Shown piece after piece: positions 36,516-51,059 of a stretch of DNA of 64,000 nucleotides. A program made the position numbers and the translations under genes. Below the pieces are notes generated by a model. It ran no database searches. It was given only the letters and a program-made list of their open reading frames with translations, and was not told where the DNA came from. Location: assembly GCA_951406725.2 (NCBI GenBank), contig OX597843.1:10416001-10480000 (forward strand). The letters are read 5' to 3'. The DNA comes from Octopus vulgaris (taxonomy: Eukaryota). Within the stretch, counting starts at the first letter, position 1. Every line of letters starts with the position of its first letter.

Positions 36516-37509
36516 TTAATCATCAATGTACTTTCCCTAATTATCTATGACTTACCTCCATCTATTTACAAGCTTTTTAATCCCATCAACGTAAAACTCT
36601 TTTGGTTTGAAAGCGAAGAACTCTGAAATGTCAGGTTCGACCTCCCCCTGGCTTGCGAAAGTTGTATCCCCCTAATAATTCTGTAAACTATGAAACAAAT
36701 GGTATCCTGAAGGAGTAAGGTCGGGAGAATAAGTTGGATGAAGAAATTTTTCCAAACCGACCCCTTCGATCTTCTGTGATGTGATCTTTGCAGTGTGGGG
36801 TTGCGCATTGTCCTGATGAAACATCACTCGTTTTCGACTCACTAAAGCGGCTCTTTTTTCCTTCAAAGCTTGATTCAAACGCTCTAATTGCTGACAGTAG
36901 ACTTGAGCATTGATTGTTGCATTAGGTGGTAACAATATAAAGTGAATTACGCCTTTGCAATCGCACCAGATAGAGAGTAGAACCTTTTTCCCATGAAGTT
37001 CCCTTCTCGGTTGTGGTTGAGAATTTTCCCTTTTACCAAGCCACTGTTTACGACGTCTAACATTTCGATAGAAAATCCATTTTTCATCACAAGTCTATCG
37101 AAAAAGGGTGAAATGAGTTTGCGAGAATGGAGAGAAGAGCAGATGCCAACTCGGGATTTGCGGTTGCTTTCGGACAATACATAAGGCACCTATTTTCCAA
37201 GTTTAGGAATCTTTCCACGTTGTTGATGACGATGAACTGTTGTATGGTTTGAAGTAAGCTTTATTGCCAATTCTTCAACTGATAATGACGGATTTTCTTC
37301 AAGTAATGCCTCAAGGAGCTTGTCAAACTCAACTGGACATCCTGTTCGATATTCATCTTCAATTTTGCAGACGATCTCCTGCAAGTTCTTTCATTCGAGC
37401 ACTTTGCCATAAACTGAGTGTATGTTTCGAGTCACTTCGGCAGCAGAGTTACCTTTATTGTACTCATAAAGAATTATATGTGCCTTAAATGCTCCTTGGA
37501 TACTTCCAT
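36516..37509 (-). pseudogene. Degenerate mariner (D,D34D-type) transposase
   Basis: Frameshifted fragments from MEVSKEHLRH through VPYVLS, FHQDNA and HPTYSPDLTPSGYHLF to GKYIDD*. Confidence 0.9.
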
Positions 37510-37538
37510 GTTGAAAGGGTTTTAATCAAAGCAATTTT

Positions 37539-37883
37539 AGGGTGTCCACGAAGTCTGGGTTTATGGAATAAAATCATAACATAAGAAATAATAATTTTCC
37601 TTTTTTACTTTTGTTTAAATTAAATAAAAAAATACTTTACTTTTCTAAATTTATTTGTTATTTTTTCTACAGATGATCGAATGATGGCTCTGTCTAAAGA
37701 AGAAAGAATCCCAGATCGAATGATGAATCTGTCTAAAGAAGAAAGAATCGAGTTAGTATTATTAAGTGGACGAGAGGGATGGTCTTATCGCAAAATTGCG
37801 GAAGAATTTAATCTTCCACACCCTTGTAGGCAACCTATTTATTTTACTGCCGTCAGGAAATTGATCAAGACATTTAAAGAAAC
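37539..37883 (+). mobile_element. 5' end of a Tc1-like DNA transposon, cut by the assembly gap
   Basis: AGGGTGTCC TIR-like start; HTH-like N-terminus LSKEERIELVLLSGREGWSYRKIAEEFN...VRKLIKTFKE. Confidence 0.65.
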
Positions 37884-37983
37884 NNNNNNNNNNNNNNNNN
37901 NNNNNNNNNNNNNNNNNNNNNNNNNNNNNNNNNNNNNNNNNNNNNNNNNNNNNNNNNNNNNNNNNNNNNNNNNNNNNNNNNNN
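37884..37983. other. Assembly gap (100 N)
   Basis: Run of N. Confidence 1.
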
Positions 37984-38375
37984 TAAGACATCATTATCCA
38001 ACATGCCCTCCCTTTTTTAAGACAGTAGGGTGTTATACAAGGGTGATCTGGCTGCAATTTCTAGCAGTTTGAATGACCATGTAGTTGATTCATGTTGCTG
38101 TAGTTCTTGTTGTTGCTTAGCCAATTCAGCTGAACTATGGTCAAACACTATATATATATATATTTAAGACATCGTTATCCAACATGCCCTTCCTTTTTTA
38201 AGACAGTAGAGTGTTATACGAGGGTGATCTGGCTGAAATTTCTAGCAATTTGAGTCACCATGGTTGTTTTTGTTATTGTTGTTTTTTCAAACACTGTGTA
38301 TTTCAGACATCATTATCCAAGTGCCCTTCGTTTTATTAAGACAAGGTGTTACTTGAGGAAGATCTGGTTGCAGTT
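37984..38375. repeat. Three degenerate tandem copies of a ~140-180 bp unit
   Basis: AGACATCATTATCCAA...GTGTTA...GATCTGG recurs at ~37986, ~38167 and ~38305. Confidence 0.75.
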
Positions 38376-38439
38376 TGTCCTTGTCCAGAGTCAACCCTGA
38401 GAAAGCAGGCCCGTGTCCTCAAGAATACTCATATGTACA

Positions 38440-38648
38440 CTCTACTCTTTACTTTTTTACTTGTTTCAGTCATTTGACTGCGGCCATGCTGGAGCACCGC
38501 CTTAAGTCGAGCAACTTGACACCGGGACTTATTCTTTGGAAGCCCAGTACTTATTCTATCGGTCTCTTTTGCCGAACCGCTAAGTTATGGGGACGTAAAC
38601 ACACCAGCATCGGTTGTCAAGCAATACTAGGGGGAGAAACACAGAAAC

Positions 38649-38714
<66 letters not shown>

Positions 38715-38870
38715 GACAGGCTTCTTTCAGTTTCTGTCTACCAAATCCACTCACAAGGCATTGGTCGGCCCGAGGCTGTAGCAGAAGACACTTACCCAAG
38801 ATGCCACGCAGTGGGACTGAACCCGGAACCATGTGGTTGGTTAGCAAGCTACTTACCACACAGCCACTCC
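38440..38870 (-). mobile_element. tRNA-derived SINE type A (internal microsatellite, TAAAAGAG-type tail)
   Basis: Head GGAGTGGCTGTGTGGTAAG with B-box-like GGTTCAGTCC, CORE-like TTGGGCAAGTG, shared body; many copies in the window. Confidence 0.85.
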
Positions 38871-39170
38871 TTGTCTTTTTTTTTTTTATTTATCAGATCT
38901 GGTTCATTATTGTCATATAGTCCCATCTTAGCAAGTAGACACAGCAAACCAGCAAGTTGACTAGGTGTGGCCTACAGATTTATTGCTCCTCATACTGTCA
39001 AAGCTCCTGCTTAGATGGCAACCATACTGCACATTTCAACATGCAGCAGTTAACTGCATGGGACGTAGTGCAACAGTCTTGTCTCGCTGCACTCTTTCAA
39101 CTATGCAGTCTAGTTCTATGCATCTCCTGCGCTTTAGTTGTTGGTCAGCACTGTTCAAGCTAACTTATAT

Positions 39171-39335
39171 ATTTCTTTACTGCCCACAAGGGGCTAAACG
39201 CAGAGGGGACAAACAAGGACAGACAAATGGGTTAAGTCGATTACATCGACCCCAGTGCGTAACTGGTACTTAATTTATCGACCCCGAAAGGATGAAAGGC
39301 AAAGTCGACCTCGGTGGAATTTGAACTCAGAACTT
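39171..39335 (-). mobile_element. SINE type B, 5'-truncated, Tx1-like tail
   Basis: Reverse complement of the 8535-8760 family 3' half, including GCCCCTTGTGGGC..AAAGAAAT. Confidence 0.85.
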
Positions 39336-40539
39336 ATAAGCTAGTGTTCCAGCCGTGACCATCCGTGCTGAAGTAAAGGAATAGGTGTGTCGGGGAGAAG
39401 CCTGTTTCTCAACAGTATGGCTACAAGTTCAATCCCACTGCATGGCACCTTGGACATGTGTCTTCTACTATAGCCCTAGGCTGACCAAAGCCTTGTGAGT
39501 GGACTTGTTAGATGGAATTCAAAGAAGCTTGTCAAATATATACATAGTATAGATGTGTGTGTGTCTATATATATGTATGTATGTATATATGTATATGGAT
39601 ATATAATATGTATATCCATATGTATATGGATGTGTCTATATTATATATATAAGTACAAAGTGAGATAGGGGTTATGAGTGTAACCCACTATGGGATATCA
39701 GTTATCCAATATACTGCCAGTAAAGTACCCAGAAGGCAAATACATAAATGCTAAGAATTGCAATGCAATTAATTCATTTATTGTATTAGAGGGTCGAAGG
39801 TAAAATATTTTACCTCAAATTCATAATACAAATAAGAAAATGTAGGAATAGATTCCTTTCAATCATCGACTTACAGATATTACCAATTCATATTATATTA
39901 TATTTATCCCAGTGCGTAACTGGTACTTAATTTATCGACCCCGAGAGGATGAAAGGCAAAGTCGACCTTGGCGGAATTTGAACTCAGTACTTTGCCCTGT
40001 GTGCTAACGTTTCTGCCAGCTCCCCGCCTTTTCACCATACCTGAGACAATCCCTCTTAACATTTTCTTGCTTTATTCTCTCTACCTCTGTCCTCTGTCTC
40101 TCTACATCAGTCTCTACCTCCTACCTTGCTGTCTGGCTCACTGGCTGTCTGGTTCACTGGCTGTCTGACTGGCTGGCTGTCTGACTGGCTGGCTGTCTGA
40201 CTGGCTGTCTGTCTGTGTGTCCCTGCCATGTGTCACTGTGCTCCCTTCAGATAAATTTCATTGCCTTCTCTCTCCCTTTCCTTTTCTCCTCACACTATAT
40301 TACTCTATGTTTCTGTCTGTCTGTCTGTCTCTCTCACTCTCTCTCTCAATTCTACTCTTTCTCTCTCACTCCCTAACTCTACCTACTCTTCTCTCTCTCT
40401 CATCATCTCTCTGCCTCTCAACATTCCTGTCTCTCTTTCTCTTCATTCCTCAGTTTCTCTTTCTCTCTCCCCCCTCTCTCACTATCTCTGTCTCTCCATC
40501 TATTTATGTTCCCCTATCATTATCTCTCCTTTTCTCTCT

Positions 40540-40738
40540 TTCTCTCTCTCTCACACAATTCTACTCTATATATATATAATGTATATATATACACATATAT
40601 ATATATGTATATATATATATGTATATACATACATATATATATATATATATCTCTGTATTTCTTTCCTTTTATAACCATCTCACTATCTCTCCCTCTCGTT
40701 ATCTCTCTCTCTTTCTCTCTCTCTCTCACACAATTCTA

Positions 40739-40791
<53 letters not shown>

Positions 40792-40890
40792 CATACATAT
40801 ATATATATATATATCTGTATTTCTTTCCTTTTATAACCATCTCACTATCTCTCCCTCTCGTTATCTCTCTCTCTTTCTCACACAATTCTA

Positions 40891-40960
<70 letters not shown>

Positions 40961-41070
40961 TATATATATATATATATATGTATTTACATACATATATACA
41001 CATATGTATATCTGTATTTCTTTCCTTTTATAACCATCTCACTATCTCTCCCTCTCGTTATCTCTCTCTC
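40540..41070. repeat. Three tandem copies of a CT/AT-rich low-complexity unit
   Basis: CACACAATTCTACTCT(AT)n...TCTGTATTTCTTTCCTTTTATAACCATCTCACTATC repeated. Confidence 0.85.
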
Positions 41071-41791
41071 CGAAGTCCACTCCGTCTCTTTATCTCCCCC
41101 TCTGTCTCCCTCCATATATCTGTCTCCCTTTCACCATCTCACCTTCTCTCTCTCTCTCTCTCTCTCTCTATCCCTCACATTTTATTTTACTCTATTTCTA
41201 TTTCCTTATCCCATTTTTCTGTTATCCACTTTCTCTTGCTCTATTTGTTCGTCATTGTTTACTTCTGTGTCTCTCCCATACACACAAGCACTCTCTGTCT
41301 CTCCCCTTCTCTCACTCTCCCACACTCTCCCTTTCTCTCCCCCCTCTCTCTCCCCATGTGTTTGTCACCATATCTGTCTACTTACCCACACCCCCTACTC
41401 AATCCACCAGCACCACAGTGTCTTGTCATTAAATATTTACACACAAATATCAGCCAGTTTAAACTCCACTAAAGTCCTGGCTTCCTACTGAAATATTTTC
41501 TCTTCTTACTCATCTCTCCACACACTCAAGCTTCCAGCACTCCACTCTGTGTCTCTGTGTGTCTGCCGAGCTGTCTGTGTGTGCCTGTTTGTATATCTAT
41601 CTGCCTGTATGTCCGTATGTCCGTAAGTCGGTTGGTATGTCTTTGCCGTTCTGTTTGATAGTATTCCTGTTGATATGTCTTCCCTCATAGTCCATTTCTG
41701 TATGTGTGTGTGTACTTTTCTCACAAACATTCATATACACAGGTACAGAACACACGTACGCGCGCGTGTCTGTATATGTATATATATATAT

Positions 41792-42003
41792 ACTCTTTAC
41801 TCTTTTACTTGTTTCAGTCATTTGACTGCGGCCATGCTGGAGCACCGCCTTTAGTCGAGCAAATCGACCCCGGGACTTATTCTTTTGTAAGCCCAGTACT
41901 TATTCTATCGGTCTCTTTTTGCCGAACCGCTAAGTAACGGGGACATAAACACACCAGCATCGGTTGTCAAGCAATGCTAGGGGAACAAACACAGACACAC
42001 AAG

Positions 42004-42080
<77 letters not shown>

Positions 42081-42365
42081 CTGGGCCTGATGCAGCCTTC
42101 CGGCTTCACAGTCTCCAGTTGAACCGTCCAGCCCATGCTAGCATGGAAAGCAGACGCTAAATGATAATGATGATGATATATATATATATATACACACATA
42201 TATGATGGGCTTCTTTCAGTTTCCATCTACCAAATCAACTCACAAGGCTTTGGTTGGCCCGAGGCTATAGTAGAAGACACTTGCCCAAGATGTCACGCAG
42301 TGGGACTGAACCCGGAACCATGTGGTTGGTAAACAAGCTACTTACCACACAGCCACTCCTGCGCC
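41792..42365 (-). mobile_element. SINE type A with a nested (GAT)n-tailed fragment (~42080-42178, + strand)
   Basis: Family head and tail present; insert ends GACGCTAAATGATAATGATGATG. Confidence 0.8.
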
Positions 42366-42894
42366 TATATATATATCTTTTTCAGATCCTAAAGGACAAG
42401 CTTAGGACTACAGTATCCATTGTGTTTTCTGTTTTGTCAAGGTGACAAATCAATAACCTGCAAGTGTAAAAAAAAAAGGGGGGTTGTGTGATAAGAAGCT
42501 TGCTATCCGACCACATACTTCTGGGTTCAGTTCTACTGCGTAGCACCTTGGGCAAGTGTCTTCTACTATAAGCCATGAGCTGACCAAAGCCTTGTGAGTA
42601 GATTTGGTAGAAGGAAAAAGAAAGAAGCTTGTCCTAGAGTGTGCTTCTTTTCTGTGGATATATGATCCACTGATGATATCTATCTCTCTCCCTCTCTCTA
42701 TACATAAACTTGTGTGTATGTGTGTGTGTGTGTATATATGTATATATACATGTGTGGCACAGATGCAAGTATACACATATCACACATGTACATGTACATA
42801 ACCACATGTACACAGACATTCACACACAACATACATACATACATACATACATATAACTTTGATAAGTTTTGGCCAATATAGACCCAGGCCATGT

Positions 42895-43182
42895 CTAACT
42901 TAATAGCATCACCCGGTGAAGTCTTTTAGTCATATATGGGGCACCAATGGCCCGCTCTAGCAAAGAGTTATTATTGTTGGAGAGATATCCGGGTGTAGGG
43001 GGTTGGTCCGGGATTTTTTGAAGAAATTTGTCTAGTAAACATTTGAATTTTATGGGATCCGTTTCCATTTTGACGTGTTTTGGTATGGTCTTAAAGAGAG
43101 CTGGATTGGTTGAGGTAAAGTAATTGTGACGTAATGTGTCCTGAGTTTGCTTTTTGTAGTGGGCATATAGCACAGGGGCCAA
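42895..43182 (-). pseudogene. 3' fragment of a CR1-group LINE ORF2
   Basis: PALFKTIPKHVK...FKCLLDKFLQKIPDQPPTPGY resembles the C-terminus of invertebrate CR1-type RT proteins. Confidence 0.6.
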
Positions 43183-43196
43183 GATATATATATGTG

Positions 43197-43676
43197 TTTG
43201 AGGTTTTTAAGCAGATAAGGCCGAAAACGTCGCTAGAAGCTAGGATCACCAAGCATAGATTGGCATATTTCAGCCATATTATGCGGAGAGAATCCCTGGA
43301 GAAGGACATAATGCTCGGAATGGTCAGTAGCAAGAGAGGAAGAGGCCGACAAAGAACCCGCTGGCTTGACACCATCAGGAGTGATACCGGAATGGACATG
43401 GCCAGTCTGAAGGAAGCGGCCGAGGATAGAACCGACTGGAGGACATTGATCCAACGAGTGACTGAGAGTCGACTTCGACTGAGCGGATATATATATTTAT
43501 ACGGAATGGTCAGTGGCAAGAGAGGAAGAGGCCGACCAAGAACCCACTGGCGTGACACCATCAGGAGTGATACCGGAATGGACATGGCCAATCTGAAAGA
43601 AGCGGCCCAGGATAGAACTGACTGGAGGACATTGATCCAACGAGTGACCGAGAGTCGACTTCGACTGAGCGGATAG
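43197..43676 (+). pseudogene. RTE/BovB-like LINE 3' fragment with a duplicated terminal ~175 bp
   Basis: LAYFSHIMRRESLEKDIMLGMVSSKRGRGRQRTRWLD...WRTLIQRVTESRLRLS; the last part is present twice. Confidence 0.85.
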
Positions 43677-43876
43677 AGAGAGAAATATATATGTATACAA
43701 ATATTTTATAATTATAAACATAATTATGATTAATGTTCAGCTAATTGCTTCACCACATACTGAATTTAGAATTAGGAGTTAAAAATTATAAAATATTTGT
43801 ATAATTTTACCTATAAAGGTTATTTTAACATACCGATCTACTTGGTAAAATTATTAATTAATTGATTGATTAATTA

Positions 43877-44282
43877 CTCTTTACCCTTTACTCTTTTACT
43901 TGTTTCAGTCATTTGACTGCGGCCATGCTGGAGCACCGCCTTTAGTCGAGCAAATCGACCCCAGGATTTATTCTTTGTAAGCCCAGTACTTATTCTATCG
44001 GCCTCTTTTGCCGAACCGCTAAGTGACAGGGACGTAAACACACCAGCATCGGTTGTCAAGCAATGCTACGGGGACAAACACAGACTCACAAACACACACA
44101 CACACGCACACACATATACATACATATATATATATTATCATCATCATCGTTTAACGTCCGTTTTCCGTGCTAGCACGGGTTGGACGGTTCGACCGGAGTC
44201 TGGGAAGCCAGGACTGCACCAGGCTCCAGTCTGATCTGGCAGTGTTTCTACAGCTGGATAACGCCAACCACGCGAGTGTATA

Positions 44283-44334
<52 letters not shown>

Positions 44335-44502
44335 CATATATACGACAGGCTTCTTTCAGTTTCCGTCTACCAAATCAACTCACAAGGCTTAGGTCGGCCC
44401 GAGGCTATAGTAGAAGACACTTGCCCAAGGTGCCACGCAGTGGGACTGAACCTGGAACCATGTGGTTTGTAAACAAGCTACTTACCACACAGCCACTCCT
44501 GC
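43877..44502 (-). mobile_element. SINE type A with 11-bp TSD and nested (GAT)n-tailed fragment
   Basis: TTGATTAATTA at 43866-43876 and 44503-44513 flanks the element. Confidence 0.9.
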
Positions 44503-45148
44503 TTGATTAATTAATTAATTTAATTGATTAATTTTACCCTTTTATTATTAATTTAAAATTATATATATATATCTTGCAAGATTGTGGTTTTGATTCCCAG
44601 ACCAGGCAGAGTGCTCTATTCTGGAGAACACTTCATTTCACATTTTTTTCTTTGTGATCAATTTGACATCTGATATGTGGAACACCATGCCTCTGTGCAA
44701 GCTATGTTGATTTGATGGGTGGAGTGAGCTAATGTACAGCATTTATCTTTCATCACTGTAAACAAATCAGCTCTGTAGAATGCTGAGCTAGAGGAATTAT
44801 GGAACCCTGTCCCCTATGACAGGAAAATGCACACAGTACAGCAGTCCTCACCATATGGCAGGTCACCTATGGCAGTTTATTGTTTAAGCTTACATTGATC
44901 CCTCTGTGGTGTTGTTTTGCATTTATAATAAAATAAATATATACAAATTATAAAAATAATTTTTAAAAAATTAGCTATATGGTTTCGGGTTCAGTCCCAC
45001 TGCGTGGCACTTTGGGTAGGTGTCTTTCACTATAGCTCCGAGCTGACCGGAGCTTTGTGATTGAATTCGGTAGGTGGAAGTTACTGCCGTGTGTGTATAT
45101 GTGCGTGTAGGTGCTTGTGCCTCTCCGAAAGAGAGAGAGAGGGATACA

Positions 45149-45552
45149 GGCGTAGGAGTGGCTGTGTGGTAAGTAGCTTGCTTACAAACCACATGGTTCC
45201 ATGTTCAGTCCCACTGCATGGCACCTTGGGCAAGTGTCTTCTACTATAGTCCTCGGGCCGACCAAAGCCTTGTGAGTGGATTTGGTAGGCAGAAACTGAA
45301 AGAAGCCTGTCGTATATATGTACAATATATATGTATGTGTGTGTGTATATGTTTGTGTGTCTGCGTTTGACCCCCTAGCATTGCTTGACAACCGATGCTG
45401 GGGTGTTTACGTCCCCGTCAGTTAGCGGTTCAGCAAAAGAGACCGATAGAATAAGTACTGGGCTTACAAAGAATAAGTCCCGGGGTCGATTCGCTCGACT
45501 AAAGGCGGTGCTCCAGCATGGCCGCAGTCAAATGACTAAAACAAGTAAGAGA
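45149..45552 (+). mobile_element. SINE type A, full length
   Basis: Family head, body and tail. Confidence 0.85.
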
Positions 45553-45765
45553 AAAAAAAAAAAAGAAAAAATGTCTAGGTATGTGTACGTACATGTGTGT
45601 GTGTGTGCATGTGCGTGTGTCTGTATGTATATAGAGAGAAACACACAATATATATGCAAACACACGCACACACTCTCTCTCTCCCTCTATCTCTCTTTCA
45701 CTCTCTCATATATATACTTTTATATATAGTTAGATAGATATGCACACATATATAATATATATATG

Positions 45766-46170
45766 TGCTGGTAGAAACGTTAGCACGCTGGGCGAAATGC
45801 GTAGCCGTATTTCGTCTGTCGTTACGTTGTGAGTTCAAATTCCGCCAAGGCCGACTTTGCCTTTCATCCTTTCGGGGTCGATAAATAAAGTACCAGTTAT
45901 GCACTGCGGTCGATGTAAACGACTTAATCCCTTTGTCTGTCCTTGTTTGTCCCCTCTGTGTTTAGCCCCTTGTGGGTAGTAAAGAAATAGGTATTTCGTC
46001 TGCCGTTACGTTCTGAGTTCAAATTCTGCCGAGGTTGACTTTGCCTTTTCATCCTTTCGGGGTCGATAAATAAAGTACCAGTTATGCACTGGGGGTCGAT
46101 GTAAACGACTTAATCCCTTTGTCTGTCCTTGTTTGTCCCCTCCATGCTTAGCCCCTTATGGGCAATAAAG

Positions 46171-46174
<4 letters not shown>
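45766..46174 (+). mobile_element. SINE type B tandem dimer (second unit 5'-truncated), both with Tx1-like tail
   Basis: Tails end at ~45988 and ~46174; second unit starts at GTATTTCGTCTG. Confidence 0.85.
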
Positions 46175-46217
<43 letters not shown>

Positions 46218-46700
46218 CGTGTGTGTGTATGTATACACATGTATGTATGTGTGTGTATGTATACGCATATGTATGTGTGTGTATGTATACGCATACGTAT
46301 GTGTGTGTATGTATACGCATATGTATGTGTGTGTATGTATACGCATATGTATGTGTGTGTATGTATATGCATATGTATGTGTGTGTATGTATACGCATAT
46401 GTATGTGTGTGTATGTATATGCATATGTATGTGTGTGTATGTATATGCATATGTATGTGTGTGTATGTATACGCATATGTATGTGTATGTATGTATACGC
46501 ATATGTATGTGTGTGTACGTATACACATGTATGTGTGTGTATGTATACGCATATGTATGTGTGTGTATGTATACGCATATGTATGTGTGTGTATGTATAC
46601 GCATATGTATGTGTGTGTATGTATACACATATGTATGTGTGTGTATGTATACACATGTATGTGTGTGTATGTATACGCATATGTATGTGTGTGCATGTGC
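46175..46700. repeat. (AT)n plus ~24-bp minisatellite ATGTATGTGTGTGTATGTATACGC
   Basis: Directly visible tandem units. Confidence 0.9.
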
Positions 46701-47439
46701 ATAGATGTGCTTCTGTTAGTGCATGTGTGTGTGTGTGCGCACATGCTATGTCCTTCACTATGCAAAGCAATGCTGAATAAAACTACCCCTCCCTAACACA
46801 CACACGCACACACACACACACACACACCTCCAAACTCAAACCCCAGACCACAAACAGCAAGCAAACCGTACGTTTACTTTAAGCGCAGGCAATGTTTACA
46901 CATGAATATCAGCGCTTCTGCTGCTATGAAAGTAGAACAGTCTTTCCTGCACTTCTCTGCAATATCTCCATGGAATTGCTATGCTTGTACTGCTATTTCC
47001 TTCCTCTCTCTCTCCTATGCCACACCTTGCTCTACACACACCATACCATTCCATTCCATGCCATTCTCTGACAGCCGTCGTCTCCAGCATCCAATTACGG
47101 AGCTAGCAGAATGCAAAGGCATAAAACCAAACTCTGTTGCCAAAGCAACGGACGACAGCGATGACGATGACAACGACAACAACGGCGACGACGACGGTGG
47201 TGGTGGTGATAATGACCATGGTGATGGGGATGATGACGCTGACGACTGGTTTCTCTTTAGTGTGGTTTCATGGAGGATGGAAGTGCACATGTATGCATGT
47301 GCATGCGTCTGTGTGTGAGCGCATGTACATGTGTGTGTGTGTTTGTGTGTGTGTGCAATTTGAAATTTCACTTTTGCGTCTTGTCGTGTCTGCTTCTTGC
47401 ATATTGTGCATGCATATATATCTGGATATGTTGTCTGTG

Positions 47440-48170
<731 letters not shown>

Positions 48171-48356
48171 ATATGTCTGTTTGGATGATGTGGCTGTGAT
48201 CGTTTTCGGTCAGGCATTATCTATAACAGTATTTCTCAACGTTACTGTTTCGGGTCCCCTGTTTCAATCGGAACCTCCAGCTGTATGAAAATCCCCCCCT
48301 CCACACTCACCCATCAGAAAACAGCTTCAGGAGTTGTGAAGAACGAATTTTTAAGT

Positions 48357-48760
48357 AGGCGCAGGAGTGGCTGTGCGGTAGGTAGCTTGCTAACCAATCA
48401 CATGGTTCTGGGTTCAGTCCCACTGTGTGGCATCTTGGGCAAGTGTCTTCTGCTATAGCCCCGGGCCGACCAAAGCCTTGTGAGTGGATTTGGTAGACGG
48501 AAACTGAAAGAAACCTGTCGTATATATGTATATATATGTATGCGTGTTTGTGTGTCTGTGTTTGTCCCCCTAGCATTGCTTGACAACCGATGCTGGTGTG
48601 TTTACGTCCCCGTAACTTAGCGGTCCGGCAAAGAAGAGATCGATAAAATAAGTACTAGGCTTACAAAGAATAAATCCTGGGGTCGATTTGATTGACTAAA
48701 GGCGGTGCTCCAGCATGGCCACAGTCACATGACTGAATCAAGTAAAAGAGTAAAGAGAGT
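48357..48760 (+). mobile_element. SINE type A, full length
   Basis: Family head, body and TAAAAGAGTAAAGAG tail. Confidence 0.85.
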
Positions 48761-49149
48761 TTCAAAACAACAATCCCGGAAAATATTTGTTATTGGTTTG
48801 CTTCTTCCTCAAACAGCTGGCATCTCCTTGTACATACCATTCTCAATGGCATCCAGGAACAGCTGGCCATTCTGGGAAGAAGATGTCACCCAAACAAAAC
48901 AAAGTACTTAAAAACAATCGCCCTTCAGACTCATTTGTTCTTTGTTTAACCATTCATCTCATTCCCACACATCTACATTCAAACAACAAACAGGTGGCCA
49001 CTTCTTGTAACTGATCACTCCCCAAGACTCATGTTTTTGTCCAACCCATGGAATTCTAGTAGACAAATAAACAACTAGATGCCTGTTTAGACAAGCACAG
49101 ACAAAGACACACACACCATGCATTGATATATATATATATATATATACAA

Positions 49150-49385
49150 GGTGGCGAGCTGGCAGAAATGTTAGCACGCCAGGTGACGAAATAATGCGTA
49201 GCCGTATTTCGTCTGCCGTTATGTTCTGAGTTCAAATTCCGCCGAGGTCGACTTTGCCTCTCATTCTTTCGGGGTTGATAAATAAAGTACCAGTTTCGCA
49301 CTAGGGTCGATGTGATTGACTTAATCGTTTTGTCTGTCCTTGTTTGTCCCCTCTATGTTTAGCCCCTTGTGAGCAATAAAGAAAT
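49150..49385 (+). mobile_element. SINE type B with Tx1-like tail
   Basis: Head GGTGGCGAGCTGGCAGAA; tail GCCCCTTGTGAGCAATAAAGAAAT. Confidence 0.85.
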
Positions 49386-49730
49386 ATAGATATACATGTG
49401 TGACGAAGAGCTCCGCTCGAAACGTTAAACGCTCCTTCTTCCCTTCTTTCCTGAGCGTCCAATAATACTATATTTGTTCCACGTCCTCGCGTTGTGTTTT
49501 TTTGTGCTTTCTTGTTTGGATTAACTTTATATATATATACCAATTAAGGACTGAACACGAAAAGTGGACAGTCAACATGCTAGATATAGATGTCAAATCG
49601 CCATTCTCCACAAAGATTATGTTCTCAAATAATTGGTATATATAAATATTTTAATCTTCGGATTCTTTTTAATATGCTAGTCCCCTGGTTTTAATTGACT
49701 AATATCAATTTCTACCCTTAATTAATTTTA

Positions 49731-49787
<57 letters not shown>

Positions 49788-50060
49788 ATTAGGGCATATA
49801 ACTCCAAACTTATAGGGAAAAATTCAAGTTGTATAAATTATTTAAGTATATAAATGTCATCTGACCAGATACCAGTTGCTTGCCTGTCTATATTCTTGAG
49901 CAGGTGTGGGTGTGTGATAAGAAGTGTACTGACAAACTACATGATTCTGGGTTCAATCTCACTGCACGGCATCTTGGGCAAGTGTCTTCTACTATAGCAT
50001 CGAGCCGACCAAAGCCCTGTGAGTGGATTTGCTAGATGGAAAGTAAAATGAAGCCCATTG

Positions 50061-50107
<47 letters not shown>

Positions 50108-50224
50108 GTGTATATATATATATATATGTATGTGTATATATATATGTGTGTATATATATATATGTGTGTGTATATATATATATATGTGTGTGTATATGTG
50201 TGTGTGTATATATATGTGTATATA

Positions 50225-50276
<52 letters not shown>

Positions 50277-51059
50277 CATATATTGTTGTATTCTTATCCT
50301 AACTCATGTCCATTGTCTGAAAATCTTTTATCACACTCCTGTAACCTCTTCAGTGAGACTTTCTGTCTCCGTGTGTGCTCTTCCTGCACTTATCTCATTC
50401 TCTTCTTCGATGTTGTGTATCCTTATATGCACATGCGTTTGCATCCGTGTGTGTGTGTGTCCGTGTGTCCTTGTTCTTAGTAGCACTATGACCTTCCCCT
50501 CAGCTCCATCCCTTCCTCCATTGTGATAAATATAAAAAATAGAGATAGATAAAATAAAAAAATAAATAAATAAACATATTGTAGAGGCGCAATGGCCTAG
50601 TGGTTAGGGCAGCGGACTCGCGGTTCCCTGCTGTACTCTTTCACCACAATGGCGGTGCCCCAGCATGGCCACAGCTCAAGAGCTGAAACTGGAAAAACAA
50701 AAAAAAAAAAAAACATATTTATCACGTATCTGTAAAAAAATATAACAGAGATAGATCATAAATAAATATCTAAATAAATAATCTATATAAAGGTCATGGA
50801 TACAAGCAACATAGGAAGCGAACCCATATACACACACAAACACACATACAGTAAACTTCACAGACGTAGGAGTGGCTGTGTGGTAAGTAGCTTGCTTACG
50901 AACCACATGGTTCCTTGGGCAAGTGTCTTCTACTATAGCCTCGGGCCGACCAAAGCCTTGTGAGTGGATTTGGTAGATGGATTTGAGGATCAGAATCGAA
51001 ATCGATCAATGGAAATCGATCAATGGAAATTGCAGATGTGTTACCAGTGCCGATGGCAT

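Noticed and set aside
46896-47318. Possible host exon or acidic ORF
   Set aside because: The D/G-rich stretch comes from GAC/GAT/GGT triplet repeats; no recognisable domain or clear splice pair
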